Positions 37,881 to 47,123 of a stretch of 64,000 bases of DNA are shown here, piece by piece; positions within the stretch are counted from its first letter, which is position 1, and every line of letters begins with the position of its first letter. The position numbers were made by a program, and so were the translations under genes. The notes beneath the pieces were generated by a model. The model worked only from the letters and a program-made list of their open reading frames with translations. It made no database searches and was not told the DNA's origin. Origin of the DNA: Minisyncoccota bacterium (lineage in GTDB: Bacteria > Patescibacteriota > Microgenomatia > UBA1400 > PJMF01); the NCBI GenBank assembly GCA_003173865.1, contig PJMF01000010.1, positions 19,088 through 83,087 of the forward strand, written 5' to 3'.

Positions 37881-37928
37881 CCGTTACTTCTGTTAGTCTC
37901 CGTTACTTTTTTCCGTCACCTCCGTCAC
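37881..37928 (+). repeat. Iteron-like direct repeats (4 x CCGT[T/C]AC)
   Basis: CCGTTACT at 37881 and 37900; CCGTCAC at 37913 and 37922. Confidence 0.5.
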
Positions 37929-37963
37929 TTTTTCAGAATAAAGAGCCGATCAATACTAGGCTC

Positions 37964-38212
37964 ATGTCAAATTATTCTGTAAATGATTATTTCAACACTT
38001 TCGATTTAGGCCTTAGCGCAGCTTTAGTCTCCCTTGGCTTCCCCATTGATCATCTCGATAAGTCAAATGCTCGTAAAGTCGAGTTTGTATTTCTGCGCGT
38101 CGATGGCTTAGACCAGGCTATCCAATCGTATTGGTCTAATTCTCTTTCTGTCTCTGCCTTGTCGTATTTCAATGCCACAAAAATGATCAAGAACAGGATC
38201 TATAGCGAGTAG
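37964..38212 (+). CDS. Small hypothetical protein
   Basis: ORF only. Confidence 0.3.
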   Translation: MSNYSVNDYFNTFDLGLSAALVSLGFPIDHLDKSNARKVEFVFLRVDGLDQAIQSYWSNSLSVSALSYFNATKMIKNRIYSE

Positions 38213-38231
38213 CAAAAGTTGAAAGTAAAAA

Positions 38232-38423
38232 ATGAAAATTACAAAAGATTACCTTCCAGAAACTCCACCACTAGAACCAATCTCAGGGTCTTTTTATTCT
38301 TTAGCACAACTTCTCTCGATTTGGTGGGATAAACACAATCTTGATGAAAAGTTAGCAACTCACACGATGGATGAAGTTCTTCAAGAAATGATTAGAGAGA
38401 GAAATAAGGAGGAAAAAATGTAA
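38232..38423 (+). CDS. Small hypothetical protein
   Basis: ORF only. Confidence 0.3.
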   Translation: MKITKDYLPETPPLEPISGSFYSLAQLLSIWWDKHNLDEKLATHTMDEVLQEMIRERNKEEKM

Positions 38424-38471
38424 AACAAAATACTCCACCAAAAAAAATACTTAACAATCAAAGGAGCCAAC

Positions 38472-38858
38472 ATGGCAAACAACATAACACTAACAGTCAA
38501 AGAATCGGCAATGCCGGAGCCAATCCCAGTTGGGGTATATCCAGCAAAGCTCACCGATATTGAAAAAGGTGAAGGTGAATTCGGAGTTTACTTAAAATTG
38601 AAATTCACGATCACCGATGGCGAGCATAAGGACACTGAGCGATCGACGATCGCCAAGCTGACCTTAACCAAAGGCAGTAAAAAGAATTCAAAGCTGTACG
38701 ACATTGTTACAGCACTCTCAGGCAAGGCTCCTGAGGCAGAAAAAGAAATCAGCTTCAACAGCCTACTGAACAAAGAATGTCAAATCTTGGTGAAAGACAA
38801 ACCTGGAGACAAAGAAGGCTGGCAAATCATTTCTGAGGTGATGCCAGCCAACAAATAA
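38472..38858 (+). CDS. Hypothetical 128-aa protein
   Basis: ORF with RBS AAGGAG. Confidence 0.35.
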   Translation: MANNITLTVKESAMPEPIPVGVYPAKLTDIEKGEGEFGVYLKLKFTITDGEHKDTERSTIAKLTLTKGSKKNSKLYDIVTALSGKAPEAEKEISFNSLLNKECQILVKDKPGDKEGWQIISEVMPANK

Positions 38859-38861
38859 AAA

Positions 38862-41225
38862 GTGAAAACAACGGAGGGCGGGTATCTGCTCGCCCTCCGC
38901 AGATATATGACTACTGTATCAAACAAAATACCATCAAACAATCTTGAGTGGCAAGAGCTCGGACAAGCCTATCTTGACCTTGGCTGGTCAATTATTCCAG
39001 TCGGCTCTGACAAAAAACCACTGGTAAAGTGGAAAGAATACCAAGATCGTAAACCTACCGTAGATGAACTCAAGGAGTGGTGCGAAAAGAGTAACTTATC
39101 TGGTTTTGCAATCGTGACGGGTAAAATCTCGGGTGTAGTTGTGTTAGACCTTGATCAAGGATCGAAGTTTGACACATCTGTACTCACTCCTACGGTTCAT
39201 TCGCAAACGGGATCAGGTGGTCACCATTATTTTTTCAAGGCTTCTGTTGAAATAGAGCTTGGCAATGCCACTGGCTTCATCGAAAAAACTGATTTTCGTG
39301 GCGAGGGCGGTTATGCAATCTTGCCCCCCTCAAAACATCCCAGTGGCAAGCAGTATTTTTGGCTGGAAAACCCTATCGATACCACATTAGCAGACTTGCC
39401 TGCCTCTCTGATCGAGCAATTGACTAAAGTACCCAAAAAAGAAAGCCTCACCGCACAAGTAAAAGAAGAGATCAACATTTTTGAAGGTGTGGGTGAATCA
39501 AAACGCAATGACTCAGCAGCCAAAGTCGTGGGTTTCTTGATGAAGTATGTGCCTCAAGATCAATGGGAAGCAGTGGTATGGCATTTACTCAAGGGCTGGA
39601 ACCGTTTAAACCAACCACCATTATCTGAAACCGAACTTCGTTCCGTGTATGAATCTATCGCAGAAAGAGCCATTTTTGACAACCAAGGGAGTGAAAAACC
39701 TAATCAGGCGCAAATTATTGTAGGCATGGTGCTCGATTCTCCGATCAAACTTTTTACCAACCAGTTCCATGAAGCCGTTTTGACATTGCCAGATTCATCA
39801 TTTTTAACTTGCAAAATTGATTCTGAAATGACGAGGCATTTACTCTTCAAAATGTTCTGGGATTCGGAGGGCAAGCCTCCCAGTGCTGAGGGAGTCAACA
39901 ATGCAATCAAAACTTTGCAGGGTATTGCCGTTTTTGATCAACCTCAAATTGAGGTATTTAATCGAGTTGGTCGAAAAGGTAACACTGTGTACTACGACAT
40001 TGGCGATGGCACTCATATTGTAAAAATTAGCCCCGATGGCTGGACGCTTGAAGCTGAGTCACCCATTTATTTCCGTCGTTTTTCTCATCAAAAGAAACAA
40101 GTACTGCCACAACGCGGTGGAAACCTTATCGAGCTTTTTAAATTCATCAATGTTCAACAAGACCCCCAAAAGCTACTTGTGCTGACGTTTCTGGTCGTGA
40201 GCTTCATTCCCGACATTCCCAGAGCAATGCTTATTCTTCATGGAGACCAAGGCTCTGCCAAATCGACACTCCTTCGTTTATTACGCGAACTTATTGACCC
40301 AAGTGAGGTGGCTCTCCTTACCCCACCAGATTCCATTCGCGAATTGGTCCAGTTTGCCAGTCATCATTACGCTATTTTTTTGGACAATCTCTCTGAGATC
40401 GCACCCAATTTTTCAGATGCAATGTGTCGCTTAATCACTGGCGATGGATTTACCAAACGACAACTATTTAGTGACGATGAGGACGTTCTATACGCCTATA
40501 AAAGGGTCGTTGGTATTTGTGGTATCAATCAGGTAGCTACCAAACCAGATTTGCTTGACCGAAGCATTATTGTTCCCCTTGAGCGCATTCCTGATGGTAT
40601 GCGCGAAGAAGAAAAACAACTTGAAGCTGAATTCGAACAAATTAAACCATACCTACTGGGCTCTCTATTTGACGCTATCTCTACCACACTTCGCCTTGCC
40701 CCAACTTTGGAGCTAACCTCCAAACCTCGTATGGCTGATTACTTCAAATACGCCACGGCAGCAGCGAAGCATTTCAACTTTACTGAAATTCAACTCGCAG
40801 ACGCATTCAATCAAAATGTGAAGCAACAAAACGAAGAAGCCATCGATTCATCACCCGTCGCCCAAACTCTGATTGAGTTCATGGCAAACCAGTCCACCTG
40901 GCAAGGCAAGAGTTCTGAACTTTACGACAAACTTGAAGACATCGCTGACAAAATTAAAATCAAAAAAGGCTTTCCTAAGGCACCCAGTTGGCTGTGGCGG
41001 AAAATCAAAGACATTCGCCCTAACCTCATGGCTTGTGGTATTTCGATCAACAAAGAAAAGCAGATTGAAGGGACATTCATTGTTATCGAGAAAAATGCTG
41101 CCACTGCTTCCAATGCCACCATAACACCAACGCAGACCGAATCAAGTCATGCAAGCAATGGAAGCACTGCAAGCACAGTTGAGGATTTATCCGAGGATGA
41201 AACGATGAAGTTGCTGGGCGCATGA
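38862..41225 (+). CDS. Bifunctional primase-polymerase (Prim-Pol) fused to a P-loop helicase-like domain
   Basis: N-terminal GWSIIPVGSDKKPLVKWKEY...GFAIVTGKISGVVVLDLD matches the Prim-Pol signature. Walker A HGDQGSAKST; Walker B-like AIFLDNLSE. Confidence 0.7.
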   Translation: MKTTEGGYLLALRRYMTTVSNKIPSNNLEWQELGQAYLDLGWSIIPVGSDKKPLVKWKEYQDRKPTVDELKEWCEKSNLSGFAIVTGKISGVVVLDLDQGSKFDTSVLTPTVHSQTGSGGHHYFFKASVEIELGNATGFIEKTDFRGEGGYAILPPSKHPSGKQYFWLENPIDTTLADLPASLIEQLTKVPKKESLTAQVKEEINIFEGVGESKRNDSAAKVVGFLMKYVPQDQWEAVVWHLLKGWNRLNQPPLSETELRSVYESIAERAIFDNQGSEKPNQAQIIVGMVLDSPIKLFTNQFHEAVLTLPDSSFLTCKIDSEMTRHLLFKMFWDSEGKPPSAEGVNNAIKTLQGIAVFDQPQIEVFNRVGRKGNTVYYDIGDGTHIVKISPDGWTLEAESPIYFRRFSHQKKQVLPQRGGNLIELFKFINVQQDPQKLLVLTFLVVSFIPDIPRAMLILHGDQGSAKSTLLRLLRELIDPSEVALLTPPDSIRELVQFASHHYAIFLDNLSEIAPNFSDAMCRLITGDGFTKRQLFSDDEDVLYAYKRVVGICGINQVATKPDLLDRSIIVPLERIPDGMREEEKQLEAEFEQIKPYLLGSLFDAISTTLRLAPTLELTSKPRMADYFKYATAAAKHFNFTEIQLADAFNQNVKQQNEEAIDSSPVAQTLIEFMANQSTWQGKSSELYDKLEDIADKIKIKKGFPKAPSWLWRKIKDIRPNLMACGISINKEKQIEGTFIVIEKNAATASNATITPTQTESSHASNGSTASTVEDLSEDETMKLLGA

Positions 41226-41268
41226 ATGCCACCCCACAAGCGTTGCTAATGAATCAGGAGAAAAAAAT

Positions 41269-41652
41269 ATGCAGTGTACTTATGTCAAAGCTAATAACGA
41301 ACAATGCCAAGCTAATGCCATGAAGGGCGCGGAATATTGTTTTACACATAACCCGCAAACCAGAGAACAACACGCGGCCGCAGTCCTTGCTGGTGGCAAA
41401 AACTCATCGCGAAAAGATGTGATCGAGCTTGAGCCACTGCAACTTCACAATCCTGATAATGCGATCGATCTCTTGGAGCAAACCATCAATGGAGTCCGAG
41501 ATGGGAGTATCCCACCGAATATCGCAAATACTATTGGTTACTTAGTTGGGCATCTATTAAAAGCAATTGAGGCTGCTGATCTCGATAAACGGCTTGAGTC
41601 CATTGAGCGGGTCATCTTTGAACGAAAAACTGTGGCAAAGAGGTCCAAATGA
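41269..41652 (+). CDS. Zinc-ribbon-containing hypothetical protein
   Basis: CTYVKANNEQCQ...YCFTHN Cys/His cluster. Confidence 0.3.
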   Translation: MQCTYVKANNEQCQANAMKGAEYCFTHNPQTREQHAAAVLAGGKNSSRKDVIELEPLQLHNPDNAIDLLEQTINGVRDGSIPPNIANTIGYLVGHLLKAIEAADLDKRLESIERVIFERKTVAKRSK

Positions 41653-42941
41653 AACAATTTCCAATCAATACCATTAGCCAGGTATTAACGGCAAAAGAGC
41701 GAGCCAAAATGGTCGCCAACCTCTTCATAGAAGAAAGTGAAACGAAAGTTGATCGTAAGGGCGAAGTTGAAACGATCAAAGCTGCTATCCCAGATAGCCA
41801 AGTCAGTGAGTACAACTTTTACATGGATCTTATTTACTCGCTACAAGTCGGCATAGATCTCGATTTACAAACGCTGTACTACCAATTAGCACTCTGCGCT
41901 GCTCAATTGCAAGGTGTCTATCGAATTTTGCACATGGGTATTGTGGCTGACATCTTACTGTTTCAGTTACGTTGGTTTCCTACCATCATGACTGAAAATC
42001 AGTTTCAAAAACTCTATCAAGAACTTCGCCAAGAACAGTTGGCAGCAATATTTAGCATCGATACTTTGGCTGAACACGAAGCATTAACTATTTTCCGAAA
42101 ACAAGAGAAGTACAAAGATTGGGATTCCTATCAAATGGAGTGTGCTACTCAAGAGGAAACGTTTGAGGATAAAGAGCTTTGGTTGACGACACTCCAAAAT
42201 CAAAAAGACAAAATTGAGCATGCAATTGTCGATGGTTCACTTATGGAAGCTATCGTGACTACCGGTGACGGATACTACAGTACCGAAAACGACATCGGAA
42301 AACGCGGCATTACTGCATCAAGTTGGTATCAGTATCAAGGAAAAGAAAACCAAGATTTTAACAGCTACATTGATGAGGCCAGGCATTTGGTTCACTTCCA
42401 TAAGAACGCCGTAGCAATTGACTACTCCCCATTCGTAGATGATGAAGAAGACCATGATCGAAATAAGCAAAGAACTATGGAAATTGTCGAACAGATGGCA
42501 GTCATCAAACGAAAATACACCGATAAGTATGATGCACTTCATTTAACAGTTGATTCCAGTGTAATTGAACAAATTCGAGACATTTCCCAAACAATCAATG
42601 TGATTTACGCGAGAGTTCGTGCCTACATGAATATAACGGTTCAAATTGAAAACACTTATTTTGACGGTCAGGAAGTTGTCTCTCGCAAACTCTGGTCAGG
42701 CACAAAAGCGAAAGACGCGTATGAACAAGTTAAGCTCTCCTATCAAGAAATGATCAAGGAAATTCTTGAGTATTTTGGCAAGATGTTTTCTGAAAAGGTA
42801 AGTTTTGAAAATCCTGAAATTGCCGACATCTTTGAGCATTCAACTGGTGAATACCAAAAAAACTTTGATGAAACTTTAGATAGCTTGATGGAAAGCGCCA
42901 AGAAAAGGAGTGGTTTCCGTCCAAGATATTTACCAAGTTGA
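41649..42941 (+). CDS. Hypothetical 430-aa element protein
   Basis: ORF; 4-nt overlap with the upstream gene. Confidence 0.35.
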   Translation: MKQFPINTISQVLTAKERAKMVANLFIEESETKVDRKGEVETIKAAIPDSQVSEYNFYMDLIYSLQVGIDLDLQTLYYQLALCAAQLQGVYRILHMGIVADILLFQLRWFPTIMTENQFQKLYQELRQEQLAAIFSIDTLAEHEALTIFRKQEKYKDWDSYQMECATQEETFEDKELWLTTLQNQKDKIEHAIVDGSLMEAIVTTGDGYYSTENDIGKRGITASSWYQYQGKENQDFNSYIDEARHLVHFHKNAVAIDYSPFVDDEEDHDRNKQRTMEIVEQMAVIKRKYTDKYDALHLTVDSSVIEQIRDISQTINVIYARVRAYMNITVQIENTYFDGQEVVSRKLWSGTKAKDAYEQVKLSYQEMIKEILEYFGKMFSEKVSFENPEIADIFEHSTGEYQKNFDETLDSLMESAKKRSGFRPRYLPS

Positions 42942-42976
42942 CATATATGGCAATTGATCGAAAATAATAGGAGAAG

Positions 42977-44527
42977 GTGGCAAAGATGTATCAGCAACTG
43001 AATGGCTCTGACGACTACGCTAGTGTCAAAAACTGCCTACTCTATGCCCGTGTGAGCACGGATCGCCAAGTACGTGAGGGTCATTCTTTTGAAGACCAAA
43101 TCGAGCGATTAAGTAAGTTCGCCCGAGATCGAAACTGGCATATTATCGATGTGTATAAAGATGGGGGTAAAAGTGGTGGCTCAACTACTGGCAGACCAGA
43201 GTTTAACCGCATGCTTGAACGATGTGCCAGTGATCCAGAAGTTCATGCCGTTTTGCTCGAAGAAACTGACCGCTTCGCCCGCAATGCTCAGGATCATTTA
43301 GCCGTCAAATCATTTCTCAAAAAACATAACGTACTCTTGATAGCAACCGAGCAACCCAACTTCGGTGATGACCCAGTCGGAAAGTTTGTCGACTTAATCA
43401 TGGCTGGAGCCAACCAACTACAACGCGAAATAACTGGTCAAAAAACCAAACGCACAATGGTCTCACTTGCTGAGAAAGGTATCCAACCTGGCCCTGCCAT
43501 TATTGGGTATCGTAACTCTTATAAAAAGGGTGAGCCTTGGTCGATTGATCAAGAACGTGAGTACTTTGTCAAAGAAGTTTTTCGCCGTTACCACACTGCG
43601 ATGTACTCCATTTATCGATTAGAAGATGAATTGTTCAATGAAGGGTTTCGCACTCCAAAAAGCTGCCGTGTTCGAGCTAACGCCATTGCGCGAATGTTGG
43701 TCGATGTCCGTTATGCTGGGAAAGTGCTGTACGACGGAAAGACCTATGATGGTCTTCACCCTTGCATCGTCACCATGGAAGATATACAAAAATCAAAGGA
43801 CATTATGCAAAAACACAATAAAGGTGCAGACCGCACTCGCAAACACAACTGGTTTTTGGCTGGCCTGGCATATTGCAAAACATGCGGCACATTGATGTCT
43901 GGCGAGCAACATATCAAAGAGACTGGTCAAATCAATTTGTATTACCGGTGTCTTGGTCAAAAGAGCTATGGCAAAAGCTGCACAGAACCATATGCCATCA
44001 TGGATGACATTCACGATCAACTGGAAACGTGGATTAAAGGTTTGAAATTTGAAGAAGGTTTCTACGATGGACTGCGCCAAGAGCTATATGGCTTAATGCA
44101 AAGCCAAGGCTCAGATGTCCCGAGCCAAATACGTACACTCAAAAAACGGAAAATGGTAATTGAGAAAAAGATGGATGCGCTCGAAGATCAATTATTTGGC
44201 GAGATTGTTTCTAAAGAGCGCATTGAAAAGAAATATGCGCCACTTCGTAAAGAGTTAGAAAAGGTCGAGTCACAGATTGCAGCACTGAGTAAACCATCAG
44301 CGAACTTAGATGAAAAGAAAATTGAAAAGATCATCGACTTTTTGAAACGTTTACCCGAGCTCTATAAAGCTTTCACCAAACCAGAACGAAAACTGTTCTT
44401 ACACTGGCTCGTCAAAAATATCTGGATACAAGGCAAAAAAATCGTCGATGTGAGTTACACCGAAGGCTTCCAAGCCTTAATCGACCGTGATTTGGTTCGG
44501 ATAAGCAACACGTGGCTCCTCGGCTAG
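42977..44527 (+). CDS. Large serine recombinase/integrase
   Basis: Resolvase N-terminus LLYARVSTDRQ with catalytic Ser. Recombinase domain and Cys cluster CKTCG...C. The stop lies within the tRNA-Asn 3' end. Confidence 0.8.
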   Translation: MAKMYQQLNGSDDYASVKNCLLYARVSTDRQVREGHSFEDQIERLSKFARDRNWHIIDVYKDGGKSGGSTTGRPEFNRMLERCASDPEVHAVLLEETDRFARNAQDHLAVKSFLKKHNVLLIATEQPNFGDDPVGKFVDLIMAGANQLQREITGQKTKRTMVSLAEKGIQPGPAIIGYRNSYKKGEPWSIDQEREYFVKEVFRRYHTAMYSIYRLEDELFNEGFRTPKSCRVRANAIARMLVDVRYAGKVLYDGKTYDGLHPCIVTMEDIQKSKDIMQKHNKGADRTRKHNWFLAGLAYCKTCGTLMSGEQHIKETGQINLYYRCLGQKSYGKSCTEPYAIMDDIHDQLETWIKGLKFEEGFYDGLRQELYGLMQSQGSDVPSQIRTLKKRKMVIEKKMDALEDQLFGEIVSKERIEKKYAPLRKELEKVESQIAALSKPSANLDEKKIEKIIDFLKRLPELYKAFTKPERKLFLHWLVKNIWIQGKKIVDVSYTEGFQALIDRDLVRISNTWLLG

Positions 44528-44776
44528 GATTCGAACCTAGAACCATCTCCTTACAAAGGTCCCTTAGTTACCTAAAGGTTTGGACTATCTTATCCGCCAA
44601 ACTGTGTTTGGTGGCTGGGTATATAGTCTCTACACATTTACCCCGCCGCGGCGGGGATTTAGCTCGGGATTTTCCTCTGAAGAGGAGTTCCCCGAATTAG
44701 CCCAGTTTTCCACTATCTATTACTAGACAGCGCTGCCATGTAACAGGGAGCCGCGCTACCATTGCGCCACCGAGGA
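44513..44776 (-). tRNA. tRNA-Asn (GUU) interrupted in the anticodon loop by a group I intron
   Basis: 5' exon UCCUCGG-UG-GCGC-AAUGGUA-GCGC-G-GCUCC-CUGU. 3' exon UAAGGAGA-UGGUU-CUAGG-UUCGAAU-CCUAG-CCGAGGA-G-CCA. Spliced anticodon loop is CUGUUAA. Confidence 0.7.
44554..44742 (-). ncRNA. Group I intron (about 189 nt, no ORF)
   Basis: P-like AAUUCGGGGAA, Q-like AAUCCCCGCC, R-like GUAGAGACUAUA, S-like AAGAUAGUCC. 5' exon ends in U. omega-G precedes the 3' exon. IGS GCAG pairs with exon CUGU. Confidence 0.65.
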
Positions 44777-44839
44777 ATGTTAAGCTACGTCCGCTATTTT
44801 ATCAGCAAAAATCAGAGAAATCTATGCTATTCTGGAAGC

Positions 44840-45301
44840 ATGTTGAAACCTCCTTCCAAAGCTCCCACATTTGCACTTCCAGATCAAGACGGAGCTACTC
44901 ATACGCTTGAGCAATACAAAGGCAAGTGGTTGGTGGTGTATTTCTATCCCAAAGACGACACACCTGGCTGCACAAAGGAAGCGTGCTCGTTTCGCGATAG
45001 CTTCAACGAACTTCAAAAACGTAACGTGGCAGTATTCGGCATTTCCAAAGATTCTGTGAAATCACATAAAAAATTTCAAGAAAAATTTCACTTAAACTTT
45101 CCGTTATTAAGCGATATATCCACGGAAATTATTCAGAAATTCGGCGTTTGGGTACCAAAAAAATTCATGGGCCGCGAGTATACAGGCATCGCGCGCACAA
45201 CATTTTTAATTGATCCTGAGGGAAAAATTGCGAAAGTATTTGAAAATGTCAATCCAGTTGATCATGCGGCAGAGATCCTTAGTGCGCTGCCATCTGCTTA
45301 A
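44840..45301 (+). CDS. bcp: Thiol peroxidase / peroxiredoxin Bcp
   Basis: PKDDTPGCTKEAC peroxidatic Cys motif. Start trimmed to MLKPP, because the track ORF start overlaps the tRNA. Confidence 0.8.
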   Translation: MLKPPSKAPTFALPDQDGATHTLEQYKGKWLVVYFYPKDDTPGCTKEACSFRDSFNELQKRNVAVFGISKDSVKSHKKFQEKFHLNFPLLSDISTEIIQKFGVWVPKKFMGREYTGIARTTFLIDPEGKIAKVFENVNPVDHAAEILSALPSA

Positions 45302-45403
45302 ACCCCATTAACTAAAAACTAACGCAATCAAAAATTTCCTACAGTTTTTGTCATGTTGGTACAGTACGCTTCCTGATATTTTCTCAATAAGAAGGGAGCT
45401 TTT

Positions 45404-45799
45404 ATGGGCAACACTTTAGAAACAGTTTATGCATTTATTGATAGTCAAAATGTCAACTTGGGTATTCAGGGAGCTGGTTGGAGACTTGATTTTGCTCGTT
45501 TTAACGTTTACTTGAAAGATAAATACCATGTTAAAACGGCATTTTTGTTCATTGGATATGTTGCTACATACCAAAAGTTGTACGATTTTTTGGGAAAGGC
45601 TGGCTATATTTTAATTTTCAAACACACACTTGATTTGCATGGGTTAATCAAAGGCAATGTTGACGCAGAACTGGTATTACACACGATGATTCAGTACCCC
45701 AATTATGATCAGGCGATTATTATTTCTGGCGACGGAGATTTTTATTGCTTAGTGGAATATTTAGCAAAAAAAATTTTCCCAATTATTCATGAAGTTTGA
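45404..45799 (+). CDS. NYN/LabA-like domain protein
   Basis: FIDSQNV...IISGDGDF is the NYN pattern. Confidence 0.55.
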   Translation: MGNTLETVYAFIDSQNVNLGIQGAGWRLDFARFNVYLKDKYHVKTAFLFIGYVATYQKLYDFLGKAGYILIFKHTLDLHGLIKGNVDAELVLHTMIQYPNYDQAIIISGDGDFYCLVEYLAKKIFPIIHEV

Positions 45800-45948
45800 A
45801 GGACACCTCGAGTATATAAGTAAATTTAAAGAGAAACTTGCAAAAAAACCATAAAAACGGGGGGCTCGCCTTTAAGTACTAATCCTAAATGCTTCTCCCC
45901 CCTCGTAATTGAGTGAATTATAACAAACGCAAAAACTCCGGACAAGCA

Positions 45949-47037
45949 TCATTCCAAGAAATCCTGCAACCTCTTTCGCTTACTCGGATGGCGCAACTTG
46001 CGCAAAGCTTTGGCTTCGATTTGGCGGATACGTTCACGAGTGACACCAAACTTTTGACCAACTTCTTCGAGTGTCATTGGGCGAGAACCATTTAAGCCAA
46101 AACGCATCTTCAGCACACGCGCTTCGCGGTCGCTCAGCGCGTTCAACACCTCATCCACATTCTCCTTGAGCATGCGCTGACTCGTCGCGTCATACGGCGA
46201 AATCTGTGTGTCATCAGCGATAAAGTCACCCAAGTAACTGTCGTCTTCGTCACCAATTGGCGTTTCGAGCGAAGTTGTCTTCTGGGAAATCTTCAAAATC
46301 TCGCGAACCCGATCGGGCTCCATATCCATGACCTTGCCGATTTCCTCGGGGGTCGGCTCGCGGCCAAGATCTTGCATCAACTTGCGCGACGTGCGCATCA
46401 ACTTGTTGATCGTCTCGACCATGTGGACCGGAATACGAATCGTCCGAGCTTGGTCCGCAATCGCGCGTGTAATCGCTTGGCGAATCCACCACGTTGCATA
46501 CGTGGAAAACTTAAAGCCTTTGGTCCAGTCATACTTCTCGACCGCGCGAATGAGACCTTTGTTTCCTTCTTGAATGAGATCCAAGAACGTCATTCCGCGA
46601 CCAATATATTTCTTGGCAATCGAGACAACTAAACGGAGATTAGAGGCGGTCAACTTCTCTTTTGCTTTGGGATCACCAGCCTCAGTACGCTGCGCCAGAT
46701 CGATTTCCTGCTCACGATTGAGCAATGGAATGCGCCCAATTTCCTTGAGGTACATGCGCACCGGATCAGTACCAGCTTTAGAATCTAAAGTGGTCAACAT
46801 TTCCAGTTCGCGCTGAATCTCATTGGGACCTTCCGGTTCTTCTTCCGAAACGGATTCAAAAATATCGATGTTGTTCTTGAGAATGTTATCGTAAAACTCA
46901 TCCAAAATATCGATGTACAGCTCTGGCTCGATAATCGCTTCGAGTACTTCTTCTTGCGTGACAAAACCACGACTTATCGCCTTTTTTAGCAATGTATCGA
47001 TATCACTCTGGATGGCTTGGGTTACTTTGGCGGTCAT
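45949..47037 (-). CDS. rpoD: RNA polymerase primary sigma factor (SigA-size)
   Basis: Region 2.4 [11 protein letters not shown]; region 4 [31 protein letters not shown]. Confidence 0.9.
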   Translation of the reverse strand: MTAKVTQAIQSDIDTLLKKAISRGFVTQEEVLEAIIEPELYIDILDEFYDNILKNNIDIFESVSEEEPEGPNEIQRELEMLTTLDSKAGTDPVRMYLKEIGRIPLLNREQEIDLAQRTEAGDPKAKEKLTASNLRLVVSIAKKYIGRGMTFLDLIQEGNKGLIRAVEKYDWTKGFKFSTYATWWIRQAITRAIADQARTIRIPVHMVETINKLMRTSRKLMQDLGREPTPEEIGKVMDMEPDRVREILKISQKTTSLETPIGDEDDSYLGDFIADDTQISPYDATSQRMLKENVDEVLNALSDREARVLKMRFGLNGSRPMTLEEVGQKFGVTRERIRQIEAKALRKLRHPSKRKRLQDFLE

Positions 47038-47079
47038 GTTCTATTTTCCTTGGGGCTTAGGGCGTCATTATACAATAAA

Positions 47080-47102
47080 CTTGCCCCTAAATTAGGGGCA
47101 AG
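47080..47102. terminator. Perfect hairpin terminator CTTGCCCCT-aaatt-AGGGGCAAG
   Basis: 9-bp stem followed by a T-rich tract in the minus sense. Sits between the dsbA-like gene and rpoD. Confidence 0.55.
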
Positions 47103-47123
47103 TCAACGTTTTTGATGTTAAGG

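Larger units (their letters stand above)
36031..44527 (+). mobile_element. Integrated plasmid-like element: XRE regulator, iterons, Prim-Pol/helicase, large serine recombinase; abuts the tRNA-Asn 3' end
   Basis: All genes are on the plus strand, opposite the neighbouring chromosomal context. Replication and recombination genes but no virion genes. The recombinase ORF ends inside the tRNA 3' end. Confidence 0.55.

Noticed and set aside
44512-45016. Track ORFs 44512..44700(+), 44822..45016(-), and the long N-terminal extension of bcp starting at 44762
   Set aside because: They overlap the tRNA-Asn/group I intron locus. The bcp start was moved to the MLKPP ATG at 44840, which gives a normal 153-aa peroxiredoxin.
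45800-45948. G6/C6 inverted repeat (CGGGGGG...CCCCCCTCG) as a structured RNA
   Set aside because: The stem is only 6 bp with a 34-nt loop, and it sits at the 3' end of rpoD followed by a U-tract. A weak terminator is the simplest reading.
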